In this document: one piece after another, positions 26,071-38,071 of the stretch
Layout of the letters: every line of letters begins with the position of its first letter
Position numbering within the stretch: position 1 is the first letter of the stretch
Source of the DNA: Eledone cirrhosa
Taxonomy: Eukaryota
NCBI GenBank assembly: GCA_964016885.1
Contig: OZ024743.1
Coordinates: forward strand, 190,712,001 to 190,776,000
Reading direction: 5' to 3'
Length of the DNA: 64,000 nt
The notes under the pieces: generated by a model
The model's database searches: none
What the model was told of the DNA's origin: nothing
The model's input: only the letters and a program-made list of their open reading frames with translations
Program-made: the position numbers and the translations under genes

Positions 26071-26322
26071 TAAATTATGTAAACTATATATATGTGTTTG
26101 TGTCTATATTGTATCTGTATTATTTTTGACCGTCGGTCAGTCAATGGCAACATTGAGGACCGAGTAAGTTAGATCGCAGATATAAAAGACAGCGAGAAGC
26201 GAAAACCAACCAAACAGTGAGTGTGTTCTGTTATTAATTCTGGCAATATTACACAAATATGACCCTCCCCAAGTATAACAATATTTGTTTCGACACACGA
26301 TTTCATATAAAAAACCTCGCTA

Positions 26323-26371
<49 letters not shown>

Positions 26372-26374
<3 letters not shown>

Positions 26375-26502
26375 TATGAAGAGAGAAGAAACATTTAGAT
26401 ATAATTAGTAATAAAATGTATCATACCTAAACTGTTCCTAAATTCCTCGACTACGTAGTTTCGTGGCATAAACAAAAGCAATATATCAAAGATATAGAGT
26501 CC

Positions 26503-26503
<1 letters not shown>
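26372..26503 (-). mobile_element. Probable PLE pseudo-LTR 3' fragment inside (TA)n
   Basis: Minus-strand GAAACTACGTAGTC: hammerhead 3' half with palindromic stem III and GUC site; (TA)n on both sides. Confidence 0.45.
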
Positions 26504-26942
<439 letters not shown>

Positions 26943-27607
26943 TCTACAAAAATAGAATCCTCAGAAGGCACATCTTGAATAATGATTACACTTAGTTTTG
27001 CGCATAAGAAAAGAAGCAAAAACATTTTTTCAGAAGGCAATGAGAAACTGAAAGTTAGGAAAAAGATGAATGGGAGAAGTAAGAATAAAATAAAAGAGAA
27101 AATATAGGGAAAAGGAAAATTAGAAGAAGGGCCTGGAAGTAGGAAAGAAAAAATTAATGAAAGAAATGTGACAGAGAGAGAATATGAATCAAATAATAGT
27201 TTTATGTAGAATATATGTATCTTATTCTATTACATTTGCTCTCTGAATAATAAAACATTATTCTATAGTGGATAGAAATAGATAAAAGGGTAAAGATATA
27301 TAAGATAAAGCCAAGCAGAATGTATGCTGAATATAACATGCCAGCAACCCCATTTGAAATATTCTCATTGGGAAAATTAAACCATACAAAATATTTGTAT
27401 CACTGGCAAACATACTGAATCATTGGTAAGAATTGCATGGGGGAAAGTTTGTTATGTCAACAAAAAGATCCTATTTCTAAAAGACATGTACATATGTACA
27501 CATACCTGAATTCATTACGAGTTCACAGACCTACTGCATAACCTTCTTTTATGTTGGATTGCATAGGAAAGGACTGCAAATCAAAAGCTACGGACTATGA
27601 TATTTGA

Positions 27608-27646
<39 letters not shown>

Positions 27647-27663
27647 CATACATATATATATAT

Positions 27664-29360
27664 GGTTACAACGTTCTCAAAGGATATAGGAATAGAGTTT
27701 GGCCAAGATAAATGCTGATACATGACTGTAAAGCGGGGAAAAACAACAACCCAATCTAGCAACATTGTCATCAATGGCCTAACTGTTTCACCGATATCTG
27801 ATGAGGACTGCTACAGATACCTGGGGATAGATGAGAACATATCCTATAATGGTATCTGTAATAAAGAACGCGTAACCAGGGAATACTACACCTGATTAAG
27901 AAAGATCTGGTCATCGGAACTCTCTGTGCAAAACAAAACAGTGGCTCACAATGTGTTTGCTGTGCCTGTCCTAACACCAATGTTTGGAATACTCAATTGG
28001 ACGATAGACGAAATCCGAGCAGCTGATGTTGGAACTCGAAAAATACTAAACAACACCGGAAACTTCCACATCAACAGTGACATAGGCCGCCTTTACTTGA
28101 AACGTAAGCAGGGAGGAAGAGGCCTAACATCAGTCCAGACAACATTTGAATGTCGCATCATATCTCTCCGACAACATCTACGAACCTCAAAGTGTAGGAG
28201 CCCGTTTCTTGAGCAAGCCTATCTGCATGAAACAGATAAGATCATGAGAGTTGGGAAGGAACTCCTCGAGAGATATTTCCTGTGTGATAATCAAAAACTC
28301 ACACCCAGGGAAGTCGCTCAGCAGTATCGCAGTGAATTCATGGATGAAAAACTGCATGCTTATCAGCAACAAATCATTTATGGGTATGTTGCCAGGAAGC
28401 TCCAGAGTGAGAGTAATATAGATAAGAAAAGTAGTCTATCATGGACCAACAAACGCTATATTGGCTCCCACTTTGAAGGATACGCTTTTGCAATCCAAGA
28501 ACAAGAGATTAACACGAAATACCTGATTCCCAAAAGAAATGGGGATACAGGCAAAACACCAAGATGTGATAACAAGTGCAGACTCTGCAGAACTAATATC
28601 GAGGATATCACCCATGTCATCGCGGTACTATCTACCTATGAAGCATGATGTAGTGGTCAAAACACTGTACAATGCAATTCGTAAAAAAGATAGCCACGAA
28701 AATAAACACATTAAAAGCTACAGCAATGTGGAAGACATCCATGCACATAATATGAAAGAGTACTGGTGGAATGTTCCAGTAAAAACCCCAATAAAATGCA
28801 GGCATAACAGACCAGATATTATGATATGGGACAGGGAGAAGAAAGCATGCACAGTAGTGGAAATTAGCTGCCCAGCAGATACGAATATAATATCAAAGAT
28901 TAGTGAAAAGGAGAATATTTATGCAGAACTGATGAGAAATCTGCAGATACCCCACCCTGATTACACCTTCAGATTTATGACTGTGATTATTGGGGCACTG
29001 GGGTATGTTAGTAATTGCCTCAATACAAATCTTGAGAAGCTACGCTTCACAGGAACTGAAAGAACACAAATAGTTAAGAAATTACAAGTACAATCCAGTA
29101 AAAATATGTAAAACATTCCAAAAATGTTGCATCTAATAACTGCATATACACATGTACAGATGCAAAGCATATACACATGTACACATACAACTCAAAACAT
29201 ACACATCCACACATACAATAACATCCATATCTTCACATGCAGACATGCATACATAATCTACCTAGTTGATGTTGTGTAAATTCCAATGAGATAGTCTTGT
29301 GTCTATGTTAGAAATCGACTCTCTCTCTATTGGAAAACATTTGTGAAATTATAAAACCAG
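27664..29360 (+). mobile_element. 5'-truncated R4/Dong-type LINE (second family)
   Basis: FSKDIG.EFG.DKC, RLYLKRKQGGRGL, AIQEQEI.T, CRLC...EDITHVI, KHD, HNRPDI..VEISCP..K...Y..L. Confidence 0.85.
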
Positions 29361-29373
29361 AAGGACATACATA

Positions 29374-31830
29374 TCATCATCATCATCATCACCATTTTAC
29401 GTCCGTTCTTCCATGCTAGCATGGGTTAGACGGGTTGTCCTGTTGTGGGCAGTGTCTGGTCGGCTGACCATGCCTTGCTCATACAGGAACTGATTTTGGC
29501 TTGATTTCTACAGCTGGATGCCATTCCTAACACCAACCTCATTTACAGTAAGTGCTGGGTGCTTTTTCCGTGCCGCCTACACGTCCACATTACAGTGTAG
29601 GCTGGGTGCTTTTTTGCCGTAGCACCTCCACCACCTTGCAGTGGAAGGGTGTGGGGGCATATTGTCTATATGCTTCAGCTTGTACCCATGGGAGGTCGGG
29701 TACGCTGTATTATTGCGTGACACCAGAGGTCACGGTCGTGTGTCATCGCCTTTGAGAGGTGTAATTGGGTAACGTCGGCTTTTATCACCTCATCCCAGGT
29801 CTTCTTGGGTCTCCCCACTCCGCAGTTTCCATTGACTTCTAGTGCTCTGCACCTTTTTATGCAGCTGTCATCCTTCATACGCATCACATATCCATACCAA
29901 CGCAACCGCCTCTCCTACACACAGCATTTGATTCCTCTTATGCTCAGTCTCTCTCTCAATTAATTTATGCTTTGTCGTTCGCGTATATTACTATTACACA
30001 TCCATCGGAGCATGCAGGCTTCGTTTCTTTCTAATCTACGTAAGCCTTGCACCTTCAGCGCCCAGGTCTCACTACCATGTAACATTGCTGTTCGGATACA
30101 CGCATCATACAGTCTGCCTTTCATTTTGAGGGAGAAGCCTTTTGCAGCTAGCAGTGGCAGTAGTTCCCTGAACCTCTTCCATCCCGTTCTTACCCTAGTT
30201 ATTGTACTTTCTGAACACACACCTCCGCTACTAATTCGGTCACCTAGGTAGCAGAAGCTGTCTACTGTTTCTACAGAGCCATCCCAGAGATTGGTGGTAC
30301 TTGTTTCCTGTGGCTGTTTGCTGCTTGCTGTCCCAGCACAGTTGCTGCATGTGAAGCCTACATTCTTAATTAAGCTTCCTGAGATCCCGCTACATCTCTT
30401 GTGTACCCATTATTTTGCATTTGGGGCAGAGAATGAAGTTCCTACCTACACCTTTCCTACATACTGAGCAAGGCCATTTCCCTGAGGGGATCTGGGTTCT
30501 GTTTTCTCGTCTACTTACAAGGACCTTAGTCTTTGTCATGTTGAATTTGAGACCCTTTCTTTCTAGTCCCTGCTTCCAAGTTTGGAATTTCTTCTCTAGT
30601 TCTACCATAGATTCAGCTATAAGTGCGAGGTCATCAGCATACAGGAGTTCCCATGGGCATCCAGTCTTAAACTCCTCCGTTATTGCCTGCAGGACTATGA
30701 TGAACAGGAGAGGGCTAAGAACTGAGCCCTGGTAGACACCAACCTGTACGCTAAATTCCTCGCTATACTCATTGCTAATCCTAACTTTGCTGACTGCTCC
30801 CCTATACATACATGGCTTGTACAGCTTTCACAAGCCATTCATCTACTCCTAGTTTTCTAAGAGCCCACCAGATTACAGCACATGGCACTCTGTCAAAGGA
30901 TTTCTCGAGATCGACGAATGCCAGGTAGAGTGGCTTACTTTTAGCTAGGTACTTTTCCTGTAACTGCCTCACAAGGAAGAGGGCATCAGTGATTCCCTAC
31001 CTGGTACAAACCCAAAGTGCATCTCATCTAGTTTCACCTTGTCCCTAATCAACTGTGCTATAACTCTTTCTGTTACTTTCATGACCTGGTCCATCAGCTT
31101 TATACCTCTATAGTTTCCTCTATCTAGTGCATCACCGTGATGCATCACCAAAAGATTGGTGCAGTAGCAGTTGACAATGATGCTACTGCACCAATCATTT
31201 GGTATGACACCTTCTAGTATTACCTGGTTAACAATATGTGTGGTTATAGTGTGACCTACAGACCCAGATGCCTTCAGCATCTCGGCAGCTATACCCGATG
31301 GACCGGTTGCCTTCCCCATCATCATATCTTTGATTGCCTTACTTACTACGCTGCTGCTGACTTGTACTGCTGGCCCCTCTATAGGGTCTACTTGGGGTAG
31401 GGTCTCTTCTTCCCATGCATTCTCCTCATTTAGTAATCTATCATAATGACTCTTCCATGCATCTTTCTTCTCATCACTTGTGAGGGCAAGCTCACCTTTA
31501 TCATTCCGGATACACTTCTCTCCAATGACATCACAATTCTCTCTGACACACTGCCTCGCAATCTTGAACACCTCCTGTTTCTGGTCCTCACGTTGCAAAA
31601 CATGCTTGAATTTTCTATCCTCTGCTTCCCTCCTAGCTAAGTATACTTGTCGCCTAGCTTCCCTCTTGGTCTCTATGTAATGTACCCCGCTCCCCCCGTT
31701 CTTCCATTCTTTCCATGCCTGTCCATTGGCCTTAACTGCCTCATCTATCTTATTGTTCCACCACCAAGTCACTCTCCTCCTGCTTGTGGTCTTACTCCAG
31801 CCACAGACCTCATCAGTCGCCTCTAGTAAG
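29374..31830 (-). mobile_element. 5'-truncated RTE LINE (RT, PHD-like finger, Ceph-containing 3' UTR, (TGA)n tail)
   Basis: ORFs with KATGPSG, NYRGIKL, HFGFVPG, QGSVLSPLLF, LLYADDL, WPCSVC, MLHGSETW, RWYG; frameshifted. Confidence 0.9.
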
Positions 31831-33980
31831 TTATTTTTTTTAGATATATATATATATCTCAAGAAACAAAAGTAGGGAATAAGTGGGTGAGTGAAGGGGA
31901 GATATTGAACTATAAACCTATCCAAAACTATTCAATTCGACTAACTTCATATGCTGCAGTTGACAGAAATTGAGGTGTCTTTATACTGCGTTTTGTTTAA
32001 AAGTGGTTAAAGTTCTTTTCAATGTTGTTTTTATGTAAGGCTTCTTTTGGACAGTAATATTGATACAAAAGAGATAGCATATTTAAGCATATGAACTGAA
32101 TTAGCAAAGCTACAGAAATGTTTCCAAATATGTTTGTTTGTGGTTAGATGGGAACAAATGGTTATGCAGCTGAGAAACATCTGAAAGTTTAAACCTACAG
32201 CACCATGTACCTCTGGTAAGGAAGTATCGTTCTACATGTATCGGCTTACCAATTTGTCTGTTGAGACCAGAAACCAAGATTTTTGAACAGGTTACTCCAA
32301 TGTAGCAGGGCATTATTAACATCATCATCATCGTCTTCATTGGTTTTATGTTGACTTTCCCACACTGCTATAGATTGGATGGGATATTTCAAGATGTTTT
32401 ACAGCTAGATGCCATTCTTGAAGCTGACTCTTCTAGCCACTTCTTTCAACATACAGAAACACAGTGTATCTAATCTAAAAACCAGGATACACGCAACATA
32501 TAATATTTATGTATTATGTGCTCCTGACTGCTGAAAACCTTTTGTGTAGTCCCATGTGCTTCGAAATGATATTTTGTGAAATGATTAAAACTTTTCCTCC
32601 CAAATTTCTTCATATTTATTTATTTAGTTTGTAACATATACTTATTTAAATATTCTACTTTGCATGAGTCGATTCTTACACATATTAGAAAGAAACAGAA
32701 ATGAGATTTGTGATATTCAATTCTTCTGAGTAGAAAATAGCAATGTGAAATAGCCTGCAGGAAAGAAAAGCAAACCAGCTTGCAGAGGTTCTTATTTTAA
32801 GCTTTAGGCCAGTTATACAAGTATAGCAAATGTCAGATTTACAGATTTCATTTGTTTACCCACACAGATATTATCATCATCATTATCATTTTATTGTCCA
32901 CTTTTAAATGATGGCATGGGTTAAGTGAAATATTTTGAGACAGAGATAGTTCAATACCATTCCTTGATGACAACCCTTTTAGTCAACTCTTGCAGCATAC
33001 AAAGGTAGTATATACTCATTCTATAAATTAGAGTATATTATTTATTATTCAGCCCAAAGTTAACACTGATTGGCACACTGATGTTCAGGCTGTGACAAAC
33101 CCAACAATATTTTGTGCATTGGGTATCTCTCCTAATGTAAGTATCTCTTCTAATGCAACACTGTAGACTGTAAGTGAGGGTCATTTACCTGCTAATTCTT
33201 GCTGGCTGGATAGGGCCCTACTCATTTGCTTGTGATGAATAATAACTTTAAGGAATGTTCAAAGAGAATGTTGTGATATCTTATATCATTCTCAAAGAAT
33301 ATTAGTATAATCAATTAAAATTGTTTGAACTTAAACTTCATATTAGTCAGTGATCACAATATATTGAGCAGTACTCACAACCTTTGCCTCTATTGAAATA
33401 CACATTGCGTATATTGGCTAATGTTTTCAAATATTTATGGACTACAGTACTTCAGTAATACTAATCATAATTTAGAGATTGAAAAGAAATTATATATAAT
33501 TCAACCCAGGTAGAATTTGAAAATACAATATAGAAAGATATAACTGTATACTGAAAGAAATATCTAGCTCACATACATTCCTTTATTCTACAGAGTGACA
33601 TGGGTGTATTTTTATTGAAGAACTAGCATTAGAAAGGGTTTTCAAATAAAAAGTCCTCTATACTCTATGTGAAGGCCAATAGAATTTAGGTGGGCATTAG
33701 AGAGATAAAAAAGTATGGAACCATGAGTGTATGGTAGGTAGGAGAGGTGTGAAAGTATGTCATGGGTGCATGCCAAGTGTTGGGGATTAACAAGGTAATG
33801 AGTGGGAGGAGAGTGGTAATATCTGATAGCGTAGGTGGTACTGTGATGATAAGAACAGCTACCAGGGTGTTATGAAAAAAGAAAATTCACAACCTTCCTA
33901 AAAGCACCCCAACACTAAAAATAAAAAAATCGTCATGATTGAAAAACATTTTTCCTTGAAACAATTTTTATTATAATATT

Positions 33981-34336
33981 GGTGGATTGGCAGTATTGGT
34001 AGAGGGTCGGACACCATGCTTTGCAGCATAGAGTTATGACCCTTTATGATCCGAGTCCAAATCCTGCCAAGGTTAACTTTGCCTTACGAGGTTGATAAAA
34101 TAAAGTACCAGTCATGCACTGGGGTCGATTTAATCGACTTCCCCCTCTCCCAAAATTGCTGGCCTTGGGCCTATATAAGAAACCATTATAATATTGGTTT
34201 CTGATTTAGGCAGAAGGCCAACAAATTTGGAGAACGGAAAGTCGATTAAATTGAATCCAGTGCATGACTTGTATTTTATTTTATTGACCCCCATAAGTAT
34301 GAAAGGCAAAATTAAACTCAGCAGGATTTGAACTCA
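33981..34336. mobile_element. Two Meta-type SINEs tail-to-tail (+ 33981-34190, - 34195-34336)
   Basis: Family match on both strands; TTATAATATTGG flanks the first copy. Confidence 0.75.
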
Positions 34337-34794
34337 ATTATAATATTATCCATGTGTTACTTAGAAACTTGTCTTTGTACTTTCAATAGAATTGTCAATC
34401 TTCTTTATAATTTAGCTACATTTATTTGTTTTTCTTTTGTTCTTGTATTTATCTCAAAACCCTGAATATAAACGTTTGACTCAATGAAACCCCACATAAA
34501 CGCACACACATACACACACTCTCCACAGAAAAACAAAATGCTATCTGGGCCTTTCTGAATAGAAATGGAACTTTCTATTTAAATTTAAAAAATGTTTGAG
34601 TAAACCAATTAAATTCTGACTTGTTGAATTCCTCTTCCATACTCACCACCGCACCTTCATAAAAAATATACATAAAAGAGATTTTGAGAACTTCGTTGGT
34701 GATATTTAAATTCATATAATCTAACATATATGAAAATATTTACTCTGTCGGATTAAAGATAAAAATGAGTTTTTAAATAATATACTTTTATTCT

Positions 34795-36500
34795 TTTCCT
34801 AGATGTGTATTGGGCCCAACACAGTGTCTTGTAGAATGTCACTACTTACTTTGGCTGGGATTGATTGTACTCCTTCCATTAGATGTTGGGCTCTCTTTGT
34901 CAGGAAACATTTGATCCATTGCAGTAAGTTTCCAGAGACACCAATGTTGGATAGCCTTTTCAGTAGATAGCTTTTTTCAGTTTGATAGCTTTTTCAGTAG
35001 AATTCATGATATTAAACCCTGTCAATGACCTGGCTGAAATCAAGGTATATGACATTAGTGTTGGAACCCTCTCCAAAAGCTCTTAAAATATCATCAAAGT
35101 GATGCGGGAGCTGCATTAAAGAACCCAAGCTGATTGGAGTTCAGCCGATTGATATTTACAAAAAAGCATGTTATTAGTGATATCACCACTCTCTCAAATA
35201 CCTTAATGATATGAGAGGTGAGTGAGATAAGATGGTAATTCCTTGCAAGGGACTCACTTCCCTTTTTGAAAACTAGGATGACAGACAGGGACAGAAGGTT
35301 TCCAGTTATATAGCCTGTGTCCAGTGGGTTGCTCGATAGATTAGTGAGAGGAGATACAAGGTGGTGTCGACAAAACTTCAGTACATTTGCCAGGAACCTA
35401 TTGGGGCCTACTACTGAATTGTGTTTAATTTATTGCTGTTATGACTTCAGGTGTGCGAAACATTATATCTGATATCGTGTGTTAGGGTTTAACTTCACTG
35501 ATACTGCCCAGATAAGCCATATAAGGATTGTTGAAAACAGAGCAGTGTTGTTCCTGCAGTATCTCACCTATGGCTTTAGCATTGTCTTGGAGAGTGCTAT
35601 TTTCACCAATTAGAGAGCCAACAGTGGAGAGTGTAACCTTGTGTTGTTTCTCAAATGAAAAGAACACCTTGGGATTGAGTTTGTCTTTTTCAATGGCCCT
35701 ATTCTCCTCATCTTTTCTTTGGTTATAGATGATCATCTTCATGCATTGTTGGAGATTATATTTTTTTGCTTTGAGCAGTGTGATAGGAGTCGAATGTCTG
35801 TGTTACTGCAGGCAGTATTTTAGTTTGTTGATTTTTTGTTTGTTTGTTTGTTTCATTTTGTTTTTTCTGATAATATTTCTCTGTTTTGGGGGATTCTGCA
35901 CTTAGTTTTGTTTACAGAACTTGGTGGGGTGTGTTTTGCTCATATGTTTGTAACAGTGTCTACAAATATCTGCCAAGACATTTTGATGTTGGTAGAGATG
36001 TGTGCATGTGAAAAACCAGTCAATATGTGCTAGATCATTTATGATTACATCCCAGTTGGCATCATAAAAATTCATGATATCAAATGGGTGAGCAGGAAAG
36101 AGATCATTGGGATTTGCTTTCGGCTCGTGGAATCTCAGGTTGCAGAAAACCATGTAATATTATGTATAGTGTTAGTGTGGTTACTAAACACTAGGTCCAA
36201 AATGCTTTTCTGATATTTTGTTTGTGCAAGGACAACTTAAGACAAGAATAACTTATCCATAAAGTCGAGAAGTGACTCTACTGCTATATTGTCAGCTGTT
36301 GATGTGGTTTCAAACGTAGACCATTCAACACAAGGTAGATTGAAGTATCCAATAATAAGTATGTTATCATAATGGCATTGTTACATAAAACACTTAATGA
36401 TATTGATGCATTTTTAAAGTATTGTATGCGCATTGGGGTATATCTATAGAGCCCAATTACTAACAGATCATTGGCTTTGTTGGGCCCAGTGACTGATTCA
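34795..36500 (-). mobile_element. Degenerate CR1-clade LINE (APE and RT remnants)
   Basis: Minus-strand remnants IG.FNLP.VEW, LDLVF, NPKVFFSF.K, NY..ISLTSHIIKVFER, VIYLDFS, Q.TVLGP. Confidence 0.75.
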
Positions 36501-36554
36501 CATTAGCCATTGGAGAATATGATATATGTATATATACATATATCTATATATACA

Positions 36555-36642
<88 letters not shown>

Positions 36643-36645
<3 letters not shown>

Positions 36646-36890
36646 TCACATTGCTCCAGGTTACTCAGCTGTAGAAATGAGATGATAGGGACTGGGGTCC
36701 ATATCATACCACTGCCAAGTTGTCGTAAGGTGCCACGGCAAAAAAGCACCCACCACTCACTGTAAATGAGGTTGGTGTTAGGAAGGGCATCCAGCTGTAG
36801 AAATCAAGCCACCATCAGTTCCTGTCCCACCCTTGCAAGCAGGGAAAAAGAGGACGTAAAAAAAGAAATGATAAAAAATGATGAAATGAT
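36643..36890 (+). mobile_element. 5'-truncated CORE/Ceph composite SINE with RTE tail
   Basis: Homologous to 52942-53330; tail GTCCCACCCTTGCAAGCAGGGAAAA..GGACGTAAAA shared with the RTE at 8367-8405. Confidence 0.75.
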
Positions 36891-37053
36891 ATATATATAT
36901 ATAGGCATATATCAAGTAGAAAGTGATTGACATATATATATATCTAAAATAAACAGATGAAACAATCACAGGGGATAATTTGTAAAGTGTGTAAGCACAC
37001 ACAGCTAGGTAGATAACTAATTAAAGTTTAACTAGAACTTCAAATATAGATAC

Positions 37054-37100
<47 letters not shown>

Positions 37101-37228
37101 AAAGTTATATTTAAAATTGTTGGGTTACAACTAGTAAATATTTATAACTGATATAAAAGCACTCGACAAATATTTGGAGTATATTTACAATATTAAATAA
37201 ATGGAAACTATATTTATAAAACCATATT

Positions 37229-37294
37229 TATTTCATTATATATATTTCGGGGATATCATATTAACAATATGCTATGCCTTCCTCAGACAAAATA
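37229..37294 (-). ncRNA. Type I hammerhead ribozyme motif (mirror copy)
   Basis: Exact reverse complement of 37450-37515. Confidence 0.65.
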
Positions 37295-37449
37295 CAATAT
37301 AAACAGTTTTATAGATAAATAGATTCGACATACCGTTATAACACCGACTTGCATTTGAGGAGGTCAAACTGCCAGTTTGACCTCCTCAAATGCAAGTCGG
37401 TGTTATAACGGTATGTCGAATCTATTTATCTATAAAACTGTTTATATTG

Positions 37450-37515
37450 TATTTTGTCTGAGGAAGGCATAGCATATTGTTAATATGATATCCCCGAAAT
37501 ATATATAATGAAATA
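37450..37515 (+). ncRNA. Type I hammerhead ribozyme motif
   Basis: TATTTTGT-CTGAGGA-A-GG..CATATT(GTT)AATATG..CC-GAA-ATATATAT-A-ATGAAATA. Stem I of 8 bp with 2 G-U pairs; palindromic stem III. Confidence 0.65.
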
Positions 37516-37552
37516 AATATGGTTTTATAAATATAGTTTCCATTTATTTAAT

Positions 37553-37659
<107 letters not shown>

Positions 37660-37660
37660 T

Positions 37661-37702
<42 letters not shown>

Positions 37703-37739
37703 CATATATATATATATATGTAAGTATGTATACATACAT

Positions 37740-38071
37740 ATATGTATACAGACGTACAGTAGCATGTATATATATACATACATGCACACATATATATGTA
37801 CGTATGGATTTACCGAACATTTATTATAATGCTCGGTGTGTTTGTAAACAAACATCCCGAATTAAGCAGTACAGAGTTTAGCAACCATTGTTGCCCTTTT
37901 GTTCAACACTGACAAATGAACGATGTACTAGTTTCAAGCTTATTAGCTTATTAGTGTTTACAAACACACCGAGCATTATAATAAATGTTCAGTAATTCCA
38001 TACGTACATATATATATATGTGTGCATGTATGTATATATATATACATACTACTGTACGTCTGTATACATAT
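37740..38071. repeat. About 112-bp inverted repeat with 104-bp spacer, possibly a PLE remnant
   Basis: Arms 37740-37850 and 37955-38071; the minus-strand spacer begins ..AAGCT-AATA-AGCTT-GAAACTAGTA. Confidence 0.7.

Larger units (their letters stand above)
25044..26325 (+). mobile_element. 5'-truncated Penelope-like element with inverted pseudo-LTR copy
   Basis: About 320-bp inverted repeats (25044-25366 and 25963-26284) flank a GIY-YIG fragment; (TA)n on both sides. Confidence 0.85.
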
